DNA of 63,064 nt, filler included, from Octopus bimaculoides (GCF_001194135.2; 3 parts of 3 records of this genome joined end to end with filler, not necessarily neighbours in it), one strand, 5' to 3'; shown: positions 25,690-38,455, counted from the whole stretch's first letter. Notes: generated from the sequence alone by a model not told the origin. Numbers and translations: made by a program.

Positions 25690-27850
25690 GAATTACCTAA
25701 GTGGTTTTCGGGATATGTACTGTGTGGTTATTTAAGTTGCATTTAGATTTGTGATAAAATTTGAAGGCCTGGAAAGAGCGGTGGTTGCATGTACCTAGGG
25801 CCTCGTTACATTTATTTAGTAGTATTGAATAGTTGTGTTTTAATATGTGGAATGCCTCTTTTAGGCATAACTTACAGTCTGAGCGTTGACCTTGGTATGT
25901 AAGGTATCTATTATTGACCATGTCAAGATGTAGAGGTTATTTCTATTTTTGAAATGATGTATGTGACTGGCGAGTGTTGCGGATTTACTGTGTTTCTCGT
26001 ATCTAAAAGAATTGAGATGCAGAGCGAATCGTTGTTTAAAATTTCTAGTTGATCCTATATATATGGTTGTAGAATTGTGTAACGTGTTGAGGACGGTGCA
26101 TTTATAAATTACATTAGACCTTCTGCAATGGTTTGTAGAGGGCAGATGGTCCCATGACGGCAGTTATATGGTTGTGCATTGTGGGGATTATTCTCAGGAA
26201 TGGAGGGGTTAATACTGTCAGAGGTGAGGTTAGAGATGGGGGTAGATTGGTCTATGTTATTAACATTATTATTACTATTATCATTACTATTTCTATCGTT
26301 GTTGTTATTTATCCTATCTGTAACAGTGGTGGGGGCAGTGGTAGGAGTATTCTGGTTAGTGTTAGTAGGATTGGTAGGGCTTCTGTTGTGGACTAAAGTA
26401 TAGCGTTCGATATTGGAGCTATGTATATGTTGGGCGCTCGTGTATTCAGAAGTGTTACAATGTAGGTTTTGATAATAAAGAGAAAGTTTTCGTATATTAG
26501 AGGCTGTTATGCTAGACTCAAAGTTGGGTGGAGAGGAGTAGGATAGCTTTAAGGTAGATCTATTAAAAATAGAGTAATATTTATGCAGATGAGGGAAGTT
26601 GGAGTCCAGTATATTAAAAAAGGATTTAGCTAAGTTCTTAACGTTTAGTGAGAAGGGGTGGGGTGTATACCACAGAATAGAGCGTCCACCGCTTTCTTTT
26701 GGTTGCTTAAGGGTAGTTTTATCTATATTTTTAGAAATTAGAGTGGGGTAATGTAGCCCGTTATTGTTAGCTGTTTTAGCTTTTGACCTAGTGTTATATG
26801 TGTGCGTGTGGGTGTCTAAGTTTTCTTAATCTGGGTTCTCTCGGGGTTCTAGTATAGTGTATGTGTGGTCTGTTGTGATTATGGTGGTTGGCATGTCGTT
26901 GTGATATGATTTGAGATATATGTTGCTAGGGATGTATTTTATTTGTTGGGAGAAGCCGCTGGCAGCGAGCGTTTGGTTGTAATATGGAGCTTGGTTATCG
27001 AATATTTCCTCAGCAGATGAGAGGTCAGATATACGAATTGAGATACCCTAAACTATATTATCAAAGGTGGTTTTGGGGTGATTGGAACTAATGTTTAAGT
27101 ACTTAAGGTATTGGTTAGGTTTGTGATATGAGGAGTATTGGGAAGTTTCTAAGTTTAAAGTTACGCCGAGAAAATTAGTAGTTTTGTGGGAATTTTCGAA
27201 AGTAATAAGTAGATTGAAGCTAGAGAAAAATTTGTGTAGAACTTTCCTAGTTCGTTCTAAAGGGGATTTGTTTAAGCTCTTGGTGACTAGCAAAGCGTCA
27301 TCTCTGTAGAGGCCTCTCTTGATGTTAGGGAAATGCTGTTACAGTTATAGTGGTTGGCCCAGCACCAAAATTTGTCCTTAAAAGAACATTTTACGGACAT
27401 TAAGGATTATGTTAATTTCTAGTGGGGTTAGGTCGGTTAGATTCCTAGCTAGAAGGAGCGCTTAATTAAGAAGTGCGAGAGAAATACAAGAGTAGTAATT
27501 ATTTATATCAAATTGTAGGAAAGTAGAAGAAGAGTTTTTTGTTGCTTAGGAGATAGAACCATGTTATGACTTCACCTGTACAGAACCATAAGTTGACGTT
27601 CAATTTCTCCTTGACAATTGGTATTATGTTATCTAGAATATTTTTGCTTATTCTTCCCAGGTCAGGTTTGGTAGGGCATATAAGGCATATCGATGGTTTG
27701 GTTATGAAGTCATTTTTATGATCTTCAAGGTTGAAGCGTGGAGATACATATATATACATATCTCTTATATAAAATAGATCTGTGTGTATTCGCTTTTTAC
27801 GCAAAAACGGCTGAGTGAATTGCTTCCACACCTGGGATGCATGAATTTGA
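25690..27850 (-). mobile_element. Penelope-like retroelement (RT plus GIY-YIG), degenerate
   Basis: DHKNDFITKPSICLICPTKPDLGRISKNILD; GLYRDDAL; NFLGVTLNL..YHKPN..SNHPK; ILWYTPHPFSLNV..FNRSTLKLSYS; CKLCLKEAFHIL. Confidence 0.85.
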
Positions 27851-28295
27851 ATTCGGATACATAATAGGGTCTTTAGTTTATTTTTTTAAATTAAAAGTAA
27901 ATAATATTGCTTTATATTTATGATTCTCTTTTTTAAAAATGTTTCCCAATGTCAGCTTCTGGTATTTACGTAGCCACGGCGAAACTTTCCGTTTTCATTT
28001 GCAAATCCTCTCACTCTCTATTTTAATGTTTTCATTTCAAGTTTTAATTTGCAAACAACTACGATAAATTACTGAAAGAAATATTTACTAAGTTCACAAA
28101 TTTAAATATTCGGTATAAGATAGTTTTTAACGAGATTTTATTTATGCGATTTTTTCATTTCATGTTTATTTCATTCATTATTTGCAATGTTCCCTCTCCC
28201 CTCCCTCTCACGCACACACACACACTTTCTCTAATATAAACACATACACACACTGTCTCTAATATAAACACATACACACACTGACTCTGTAATAT

Positions 28296-28347
<52 letters not shown>

Positions 28348-28685
28348 CAGGTTTGATTTTGTCATTACACAAATATCACAATTGAATGTTGCAATTCAAC
28401 ATGGGGCGTCCCAAAAGATATGGGCATTCTTTGGCTTGAACCCGCACACTTCATTAATTTCCGTAAACCTATTTATTTACTTTTTGTGCGCCGTGTTCAG
28501 CTCTACGTGTGCTTTTGTATGTATGTTTGTACACATTTATGTATGTGTGTGTTTGTGAGCGAGGGAGAGAGAGAGGGAGAGAGAGAGAAAGAAAGAGATT
28601 CAGTGTGTTGTCATGTATACGTACATACATGAATGCATATGCATACATCTTTTTTGTATGTATGTGTGTGTGTGATGTCTAAGTG

Positions 28686-28756
<71 letters not shown>

Positions 28757-29059
28757 TACACACACATACATACAAAAAGATGTATGCATATTTATTTATG
28801 TATGTATATATACATGACAACACAACCCTTCCCTCTCTCTCTCTCTCACACATCCATTTCATCTGATGTTTGATACTGTACGTATGAGTATGTGTGTGTG
28901 TGTGTATGTGTGTGTGTGTGTGTCTGTGTCTGTGTGTCTGTGTGTCTGTGCGTGCGCTTACATGGGGCGTTCTACAATCGCCATTTATTTCAATCATTCT
29001 TGTGAAGATATTCACGTAACTCACTTTTTCATTTAGTCACCATTTTAATTTTCGAAAAA

Positions 29060-29760
29060 GTTTCCGAGAACAGTGTTCTCACTCACTCTCTACAAGAGAA
29101 GACAGAGTAGATGTAGAGGATCAGCATTCTACAATGAAGCAAAGACGAGTACAGGTAGCCAGAGTCAATGTTGAATTCTACAACTTTGTTAATTCTATTA
29201 AGTATGTTTGCAAATATACAAACAAAGGTTTAGATGCTGCAACATACACTCTTATGCAGAATGGCAGCCAGCAGATAAATTAAAATGATGAAAATGCACA
29301 GTATGACAGAAGAAGATACATCAGTACCAATGAGGTTTGTTGGCACATCTTCAATTTTCCTATTCAGGAGTGCCACCCAGCCATCATTCATCTGAGTATC
29401 GATCTAGAGAATGGCCACAACGTTAACTTTACAAAACAAACAGATTTGCAACAAGCACTTTCTTTTAAGTTGTGTCAAGTGGATGAAGATGCAAGAAAAC
29501 ACTTTTATCTACAATTACCCAAGTATTACACCTGGAGAAACAATAATTGGCACGAGAGGAAACGTGGAGCTGACGTTCTTCCAAGAGCTTACAGTGTCCC
29601 CCACACCCAAGCCAAGCAGAGTGCTACTATTTACGGCTTCTTTTTCATGAAGCATGTGGTCCCAAATCATTCCAAGATGCGAGGAGGGTAAATGGTCATG
29701 TGTGTGAAACATATTGGGAAGCATGCTATCAACAAAGTTTTTTGAAAATGATGAGCATTG
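29060..29760 (+). mobile_element. Helitron Rep/helicase fragment
   Basis: VNVEFYNFVNSIKYVCKYTNKGLD..RYISTNEVCWHIFNFPIQECHPAIIHLSIDLENG..FKLCQVDEDARK..LPKYYTW. Confidence 0.85.
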
Positions 29761-29764
29761 GGAA

Positions 29765-30175
29765 CATCCATACATACGTACGTAGGTACGTACATACATC
29801 AATACATACGAATGTAGGTACGCACGTACATCCATACATACGTACGTGTGCACTACGTACATCCATACATACATACGTAGATACGTACGTACATCCATAC
29901 ATACATAACTAGGTACGTACGAACATCCACATATGCGTACGAATGCACGTACGTACATCCATACGTGCATACATCCATACATACGTACGTAGGTACGTAA
30001 CTANNNNNNNNNNNNNNNNNNNNNNNNNNNNNNNNNNNNNNNNNNNNNNNNNNNNNNNNNNNNNNNNNNNNNNNNNNNNNNNNNNNNNNNNNNNNNNNNN
30101 NNNACGTACATCCATACATGCGTACGTAAGCACGTACGTACATACATACGTACATACGTAGTTACGTACGTACAA
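29765..30175. repeat. Complex CpG-rich tetranucleotide satellite (ACGT/ACAT/CCAT mix), contains a gap
   Basis: CATCCATACATACGTACGTAGGTACGTAC... reiterated. Confidence 0.85.
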
Positions 30176-30224
30176 CCTTTTCGCAATTATAGTGAACATG
30201 TGTCAACTTGGCAGTCCCTTGCAG

Positions 30225-30375
30225 TTTCGGATGAAACATCGTGAGGACATGGTGGAGGACTTGAAGTATGCAGATCTATAGTGGAAGATACTTGTCCGAG
30301 GTGCCGCGCAGTGGGAGTGAACTCAAAAGCACATGGCTGGAAAGCGAGTTTCTTAACCAGTCAGCCATGCCTGTA
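30225..30375 (-). mobile_element. tRNA-derived SINE 5' half (family A-like)
   Basis: Minus strand GGCATGGCTGACTGGTTAAGAAACTCGC...GAGTTCACTCCCACTGCGCGGCACCTCGGACAAGT. Confidence 0.65.
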
Positions 30376-30534
30376 TCTTGGAAAGTTAAAGACATCGGCG
30401 GCAACGTTCTGTACCAATTAGAAAAACAAATCAAACCCAAGATTTCCTATGGTTTTTCTCTGGCACTCGAACCAGCTGACATATCGGACAATTTAGTGTT
30501 AATATTGTTCACAAAGATGAATTAATGCTGACTG

Positions 30535-31300
30535 TGAAGTGACGGAAGAAATAACTTCATTGAGTAGCATGCGCCGAAGAACTACTACTGAATAGATTTT
30601 CAAGTAGATGAAGAAAACATCGACTAAGCGCAATCTAGCTTGGAGCTTTCAAAGTGTATTACAACTGATGATAGAAAATATGTGTGGTAAAGGAAAAGGT
30701 GAATTAAAAGGTTTTGTTGGACAGGATCACAATCGGTATCAGTCTGATTAGCACAACCAAACACACTGCTCCTCGTCTTCTCCCATGCGATGCTTTTGGC
30801 CATCGACGACGACAACGGACGAAATAATAATAATACTCGTGACGATGTGAGACGTGGTGTTTCACTATATCATTCATCAACAAGAACTTTACAAAAACAT
30901 TAAGATCTTTTAAGTGTGAAAACACCAGTTCAGCTCTGCCTCTTCAGACCTTTAGCTAGCTCTTCATTTCATACGTTCTGAAATAAAGCTTTTCTTTCAT
31001 AAATCCCGACTGACTCTGATAGTTGACAAAAATTGGAGATGTGTATCATATATGATACATGGACACCACGAAAATACGTCCTGTGAATCAAATGCAATAC
31101 ACAGGACAGGCAAAAGTTTAAGTGGATTTTATTTGATTGCTATAATCAAGTACCGTCAAATTCAAACATTCTTTTAGAAGTAAAAGAAGCTGAACATAAA
31201 AATTTGTTGTACCACACTACTGTAAGGTGGTGTAGCAGAATTAAAGTTAGGTCACAATTTTTTTAAACTACCGATGGAGGTTAACATTTTTTTTTTAATG
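30535..31300 (+). mobile_element. hAT transposase relic (Charlie/SPIN/GTF2IRD2-like)
   Basis: TEEITSLSSMRRRTT..NLAW..NMCGKGK; HYIIHQQELY; EAEHKNLLYHTTVRWCSRIKV..FFKL. Confidence 0.7.
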
Positions 31301-31714
31301 ACAAGATCGTGCTCAGCTGCTTTTCGCAAACAGCGAACGGGCGTGAAAATTTACATTCTCAGCAGACTAAATAGCGGAACCTTCACAAGTTCTGTCTTTA
31401 GGTATAAGGCGATCATGGGCTTATATGTAATNNNNNNNNNNNNNNNNNNNNNNNNNNNNNNNNNNNNNNNNNNNNNNNNNNNNNNNNNNATATATATATA
31501 TATATATATATATATATACTCTGCAGTGAAAGCTTTCCAGTGAAAATTAACTTTTCCTCTCTACTCCCAGTTAATAATAAATAACTTCAACCATCTACTT
31601 GCTGCGAAAAATACAGCCAAAAATTGAATTAAATTTATTTATTTTCGAATTCACTCAAGAGATTCTAAAACCAGTTTTGGACAATGTTTTTCACATCCAT
31701 CCATCCATTTTCTC

Positions 31715-32041
31715 GAATGTCACAGGAAAAGAATAAGAGATAGCTTGTTCAAGCCGATCCAAACAGCAGGAGACCTCGGGGTAGACAAAGAAATAAATAG
31801 TTTCATTTGGTCACGCTTCGGAACCCAGCCGGAAAGTCTAACGACTTACTTTGGATGGTCATAGGGGTAGAGTTCTCAGGCACCTTCATTGGGACCTCTC
31901 AGAAGCAACAGTCGTTAGACTTTCCGACTGGATTCCGAAGCGCGACCAAATGAAACTATTTATTTCTTTGTCTACCCCGAGGTCTCCCGCTGTTTGGATC
32001 GGCTTGAACAAACTATCTTTTATTCTTTTCCTGTGACATTC
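31715..32041. mobile_element. Fold-back MITE-like element, ~130-bp arms, ~65-bp spacer
   Basis: GAATGTCACAGGAAAAGAATA...AACGACT inverted with AGTCGTT...TATTCTTTTCCTGTGACATTC; no clean TSD. Confidence 0.85.
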
Positions 32042-32630
32042 TATCATATGTCCATAATACTGGTGTAGTGACCTCTCGATGCGGAAAAGTAACGGCTCGA
32101 CATGGAACGATTCAATGAATATGTGAAAGCATCAAAGATCTTTCAAAATCCATTTTAACAGCAACACCGAGAAATTTCCATCCGATCTTTAACTGCAAGA
32201 TATTAATCTGCAGTCAAATGGTGCGTTAAAAAAAAAACAAAAAAAAAAGTATAAAATGGAAATATTGACTGACTTCGTTAAATTTTTCCCAGACGATTAT
32301 ATTTCTTTGACTTTGCTCAGGGTGAATTTTAGTATTCAGCACAACCTATTTATGAGACATAAAAATGTTCAACCTTGATGCATATTAAATTCATTTATAA
32401 GTTCGTATTGCTTGATTACACTTGCGGTAAGCTGTGATTACTGATCCACAAAATTAGAACTACAATTCAGCAATGTTTTTTGTTCCTCTCCCAGTAGAAA
32501 CCAGAATTTCATAGTTCTCATTGATCAATGTTAGATTGAAGTTTATGTAAGTATATACTTCTAACCACATTTCTCTGTTCCCCTCTAATCACATTTTCTT
32601 TTTCAGTCTCCTCCTTTACATTACTTCTAT

Positions 32631-32668
32631 TCTTTTTTGATAAAGGACTAGTGCCCGAAACGTCAAGA
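32631..32668 (+). ncRNA. Minimal type-I hammerhead ribozyme-like motif (Penelope pLTR type), U3-A8 variant
   Basis: TCTTTT-TTGATAA-A-GGA-CTAGTG-CCC-GAAA-CG-TC-AAGA: core, palindromic ACGT stem III, 4-bp stem I, one stem II mismatch. Confidence 0.5.
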
Positions 32669-33339
32669 CTTTTTCCCTTCCTTAAACGTTAAGCTAATAC
32701 AACATTTGTTACAAATCATTCTTGTATTGTCTATTTTTTTGGTTTGTTTTGTGTTCATTGCTTTCATATTTCTAAACTAAAAATATTAAAGCGATAAAAA
32801 AAAAAAAGGAAACAAGCTACTTCCATAGTTTTGTATGATTATGGTCTCTTTTTGTAAAAATTAACCTTTGCTGGCCTGACATAAAAATATTTCCAATCCA
32901 GCCCCCCTCCAAAAAAGTTTGTCATTCCTTCCTATGCTATAAAATGGAGTCGATGCGGCTAGTACATATAATTGATATCAACTGACTATTAGTAAACATG
33001 ATTGAATTAACTCCGGTTTATTACTAGCACTGACGAATATCGAACTACGTATCTGTCTGTTTCGAGGAGAATGTTCTACATATTATATCCAACCAACGTA
33101 TTCCAATAATTTACTTGTTTATCTCGAATCAAGATGTCATCCTAAGTATCAACTAGTTACACATCAAACGATTCAAATCATCAAGATATAATAGCTTCAT
33201 TTTCTAACTAGGTTATCAAATTTATTGATGACTTGTATATCCTCAAAGCTTTTGCCCAAAACTAACCTTGACATACTGCTGGAGTTAGAAGTACACCTAA
33301 CAGCAGGCAGTTTCTGAGCTTGGAGCAATAACCAAGCAA

Positions 33340-34230
33340 GTTTTATGCTGTGTGATTTCTAAACCAGTGACTGTTGTATCAAACAAGGGGTTCTCTTACC
33401 AGACGTCGTCAAATGTTTTGCTGATGATAGTTGCAGCATCATTGCTTTCGCAAATGTATTTTCGCGAATTTTCTGTTGTTGAGGGTTCACTAGTGAGTAA
33501 CATGGGAAGCAAGTTCCCCAATAGATCAGGTGGTGGCTGGATGGAAGCCGTACTTGTGATCTCTGAGGAGGATAAAGATAGAAAGAGAAAGGAAGAGAGA
33601 GAGAGAGGGGGGAAAGAAGGGAGAGAGAAGATGACTCAGTATCGGAGAAAGAAATTTTTAACAGTTATTTCAATCACGTTTGCGGTATGAGATGTTGACT
33701 AACGATCGATCGAAAGTTAACAGGATCAGAGAGGTTGCACTCCTTCAGAGTATGATACAATGTAGCATGTTTCTAAAGGCTGGGATAGATCCATTCTGTA
33801 GAAAGATCGAAGCGTTTAGACTGCTCTGGATGTCAACATTAAAGGATGACAGACGGGAAAGGATCAAAGCTGGTGTCCTTGTTGGTCTGAAGCAATCGGA
33901 GGCATTTTCTGATTTGGAGTGTTTGTGTTTGTAGATTTGAGGTTTGTGGAAGCCGCTGGAAGTAAGGAGATTTTGGCTGATCGTATCGAGTGTTTATTGT
34001 GGAGCTACAGGCCAAAAAAGAGAGAAAGTAAGAGATTGTTCTCTGTAAGAGTGCCTTTTACAAAATCATCTTGAGTTGAAGAGTGTTGTTGGCACTCCGT
34101 CACTTACGACGTCGAGGGTTCCAGCTGATCCGATTGTAAGAACGATCGTGCGAACCAAAAGGAGAAATGGTGACGAATGGAAAACAGGCTCCTTTTTAAA
34201 CGCGTCACCCGGTCGAACACAAAAATATAA
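33340..34230 (-). mobile_element. CR1/Crack-type LINE RT relic interrupted by a GA-rich tract
   Basis: SDPVNFRSI; LRDHKYGF; IISKTFDDVW (DISKAFDRVW-like). Confidence 0.55.
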
Positions 34231-36334
34231 GATGATATTATGTTATAATTCTATAACATAGTGAACTTAGAAATGCCAGGAAGGACAAGATAGGACTCAA
34301 CCGATAGAAATGAATAACAGTAAGATTTATTGTAGCATTAAATTGTGTCTGTGTGTGAGTGTGAATGCAACATAATAAACACAATATAAGACTGGTCGTC
34401 ATGTAAACAAAAGAGTGTGTGCGAGTAATACATGTATGTGAATGCGAGAGATACATAGTATTGAAGTATTGATAAGAGTCAGGAACATGTTTCGGAATTT
34501 ACCAGTTCTTGGTTAGAGTACACAGTGGTAAGTGTCTGTATATAAGAAGTTAAAGCGTTAGGGTAGAGCGATCACTCGTCGTGATGTTAGGGCTTCTATG
34601 CCGGGCCGGGTTCTTGAATACAGATGTTCTTCGCAGGTGTCGGATTCTGCCTGTTATTTTCGTGGTGAAGAAATCACACAAAACAGGGCTGAAGAGTGCT
34701 GCGGTTAGCTGTTGGTAGCTTGTGTACGTGTAGAAGTCATGTTGACGCTGGCGGCGATGCTGGTAGTCGTAGAGTCGTGTTGCTGCTGGCGACGTCGGGG
34801 GCGATGCTTGTAGTTCGTAGTTGAACGATGGTGTTGTTGATGTCGTCGCTGGAACTGGCTAGCTGTGTTATGCGTGTATGGTCAGCGGCCGGCCAGATCT
34901 AGNNNNNNNNNNNNNNNNNNNNNNNNNNNNNNNNNNNNNNNNNNNNNNNNNNNNNNNNNNNNNNNNNNNNNNNNNNNNNNNNNNNNNNNNNNNNNNNNNN
35001 NNNNNNNNNNNNNNNNNNNNNNNNNNNNNNNNNNNNNNNNNNNNNNNNNNNNNNNNNNNNNNNNNNNNNNNNNNNNNNNNNNNNNNNNNNNNNNNNNNNN
35101 NNNNNNNNNNNNNNNNNNNNNNNNNNNNNNNNNNNNNNNNNNNNNNNNNNNNNNNNNNNNNNNNNNNNNNNNNNNNNNNNNNNNNNNNNNNNNNNNNNNN
35201 NNNNNNNNNNNNNNNNNNNNNNNNNNNNNNNNNNNNNNNNNNNNNNNNNNNNNNNNNNNNNNNNNNNNNNNNNNNNNNNNNNNNNNNNNNNNNNNNNNNN
35301 NNNNNNNNNNNNNNNNNNNNNNNNNNNNNNNNNNNNNNNNNNNNNNNNNNNNNNNNNNNNNNNNNNNNNNNNNNNNNNNNNNNNNNNNNNNNNNNNNNNN
35401 NNNNNNNNNNNNNNNNNNNNNNNNNNNNNNNNNNNNNNNNNNNNNNNNNNNNNNNNNNNNNNNNNNNNNNNNNNNNNNNNNNNNNNNNNNNNNNNNNNNN
35501 NNNNNNNNNNNNNNNNNNNNNNNNNNNNNNNNNNNNNNNNNNNNNNNNNNNNNNNNNNNNNNNNNNNNNNNNNNNNNNNNNNNNNNNNNNNNNNNNNNNN
35601 NNNNNNNNNNNNNNNNNNNNNNNNNNNNNNNNNNNNNNNNNNNNNNNNNNNNNNNNNNNNNNNNNNNNNNNNNNNNNNNNNNNNNNNNNNNNNNNNNNNN
35701 NNNNNNNNNNNNNNNNNNNNNNNNNNNNNNNNNNNNNNNNNNNNNNNNNNNNNNNNNNNNNNNNNNNNNNNNNNNNNNNNNNNNNNNNNNNNNNNNNNNN
35801 NNNNNNNNNNNNNNNNNNNNNNNNNNNNNNNNNNNNNNNNNNNNNNNNNNNNNNNNNNNNNNNNNNNNNNNNNNNNNNNNNNNNNNNNNNAAAAAAAAAA
35901 AAAAAAAAAAAAAAAAGAGCTTGCACCATATGTAAGTAATTCCTGCAGTTCCTTTCTACTTGGGGCCAGAAAGGATATTTATATCAGCTCTATTATACAG
36001 TTACTTCTTTTTTATCAGAATATTAATTAGCTTCATCTTTGGAGACACGTAATTCAATATCTACATCTAACGTTTCAATAGGTACCATATCTCGTACTCC
36101 ACTAGCAAAGCACTAAGAACATTTATATCTAAACTAAGGTTACCTACATGTACATGGCGTTCTTAACCTTATGGATAACGGTGCTCTTGCTCTTACTTTA
36201 GAAATATAGATTCCAAATTCATTCCAGTTCGATATTATGCATCCGTAGGCGCATGAATTGTTTTACATCACAAGGGAAGCCACTCTTCATACACAACGAA
36301 ACGCCACATTTCTCTGTCGAGCTAGCAGAAATTT

Positions 36335-36530
36335 CAGTGTCAGAAAAAAACCTGCTTTGCAGCATTTGTTCCAAGTCTTTACGTTCTGAGTTCAAATCCC
36401 ATGGAGTCGACTTTGCCTTTAATTCTTTCAAGGTCGATAAGAGAAAATAAGGGTTAAGTACAGGCGTCGATGCAATCGACTAACTCACTTTGTTCTTAAA
36501 ATTGCTGGCCTCGTTTCTAAATCAGAACGA
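36335..36530 (+). mobile_element. SINE family B, 3' part
   Basis: TTTACGTTCTGAGTTCAAAT..GTCGACTTTGCCTTT..GTCGATGCAATCGACTAA shared with 51722, 56812 and 60055 copies. Confidence 0.7.
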
Positions 36531-37385
36531 GCTAATTTACATGAATGAAGTGTAACACCAATGCAATCTTAAGGTATGGACTCGTAGGGGAAATTGTCCC
36601 GAGGCCTCAAAGGCAACCAGAATTCTTAAAGCAATGGCAGAAGCAACTATGAAGAGTTTCAACTTGCTCTGGTCAAGGAGGAATGGAAGTGAATCCCGAA
36701 AGGTATTTCAGTCAACAGGCGTCCTCAAATGAACTGATTAAAATACCAAGATATCTTGAATGTGGGGCATCTTTCCAGGGTGATTACAATGTAGACGATA
36801 GCACAGAATGTGACAGTTGAGGGGTATCTAGGTGTCATGATCTGGATGCGGTCCGGTTCCCTTAAAGTGCAAAGAGTTGAAGGCCGAAGCACTTGCATCA
36901 AGAGTTCTTCGCTCAAGATTTTCTGCTGTTCAGTTATCGACCTTGAAAGAATTAGAGGCAGAGTCGACTCCATGAGATTTGAACTCAGAACGTAAAGGAT
37001 TGGAGCAAACGCTGCAAAGCAGTTTTTTTCCCACCGACTCTGAAATTTTTACTGGCTCTGAAATTTCTACTAGCGTTTATGGATGTGTAATATCGAACTG
37101 GAATGAACTCCCTGCTGTCTCTTACTAGTAAATGATAATCAATATATGCTGTTGTATACTTAGAAACCCTAGAATTATAGGTCCCAGCTTTGCACAAGGG
37201 CCTATAATACTGTTATGACAGCCCTGGTGTAACTCATCTATGATGTTTGAACTTAATAATCGATATCGCAAAATGTGTTTATATTTTACAAGTAGAACCA
37301 CCTTCCATGTACTTCCATCTCACACTCTATTATATGACCTAGCAAATATTTAATCCATTCTTAAAACAAAAAAGTTCACAAATTA

Positions 37386-37588
37386 GGCGTAGGAGTGGCT
37401 GTGTGGTAAGTAACTTTGGTCGGCCCGAGGCTATAGTAGAAGACACTTGCCCAAGGTGCCATGCAGTGGGACTGAACCCGGAACCATGTGGTTGGTAAGC
37501 AAGCTACTTACTACACAGCCAGTCCTGCGCCAGACACAGCCACTTCTGCGCCATACACCCACTCCTGCGTCACACAGCCACTCCTCTG
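37386..37588. mobile_element. Rearranged SINE family A: sense head, antisense 5' half, then tandem antisense heads
   Basis: GGCGTAGGAGTGGCTGTGTGGTAAGTA (37386-37412) pairs with 37505-37531; three further ACACAGCCACTCCTGCGCC-like units. Confidence 0.8.
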
Positions 37589-38438
37589 CTGACTTCTTTT
37601 CTTTTTACTGTAACTTGCAGCTTGCTACCAAACATAAGACGTTCAACAGAATTGAGTTGTATAATTAATATACAAATTAATGAAAAAAATTAGTATTATT
37701 TTTTTAGTTGCTACTTTTACTGTAACCCTAAGTTAACTCAGATCAAACGGACCTATGATCAAAGATATTCTAAGGGCAACCATCCCAACCTTATCTAACC
37801 CCACAAATTATTTGTAGCTGAGCATTATCCAATGTATCCCACCACACCTATTTTGAGGATAGGACGGTGTTATTCTAGGAAATTTGACTGCCTTTTCTAG
37901 AGGATCAATTATACGAAATTCTTGGCCCTTGAGTCACTTCGTAATTTCTACCAATAATAAACGTTTGTTACAAATCTGTTTTTAGAAATAGTAATTTCAA
38001 AGTAATGTCCCTTGAATTTCTTTTAAGGTTGCTTCCCTTTATCTAAACTAATTTTGTAATCGGTAAAAATTAATTGATATCGCATTTTCACTAGCATTTC
38101 AAGAAACTGTTAAACCCTTACTCTCAGAAACAAAATGATATTTATGGTACTTTTGATTTTAGAAATATTATTAAAAATTTAATCAATTAATGTTTTTTTA
38201 TTAATTACTTTTTCTTCCCTAATTTTTTTTCTGTCTTCAACAGTGATTTCTCGAGATATGTTTGAAAGATTAACATTTCTCTTTCTCTAAGGGGAACATT
38301 TGCAATTTAGTTTTCAATGGCGAGAAAAATAACCCAATTTACAAAAGTAAACAGCTGGAAAATAGTTTTAAATAAAGAGTGAAAAAAAAAAAAAGAAATC
38401 AGCAAATGAACAAAATAAGAACGTGCACATTCATATAT

Positions 38439-38455
38439 TGCGCCAGAGGGCGCTA
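38439..38455 (+). promoter_or_regulatory. CTCF-type motif match
   Basis: TGCGCCAGAGGGCGCTA versus consensus CCASYAGRKGGCRS, isolated in an AT-rich context. Confidence 0.35.

Noticed and set aside
34865-35939. Long ORFs made of X (also near 24000-24450, 39950-40867, 45493-46044, 60254-61051)
   Set aside because: They are open only because N runs contain no stops.
36560-36960. Possible Tc1 transposase traces (KEEWK*IP; TVEGYLGVMIW)
   Set aside because: Motifs are too weak and in the wrong order to support a call.
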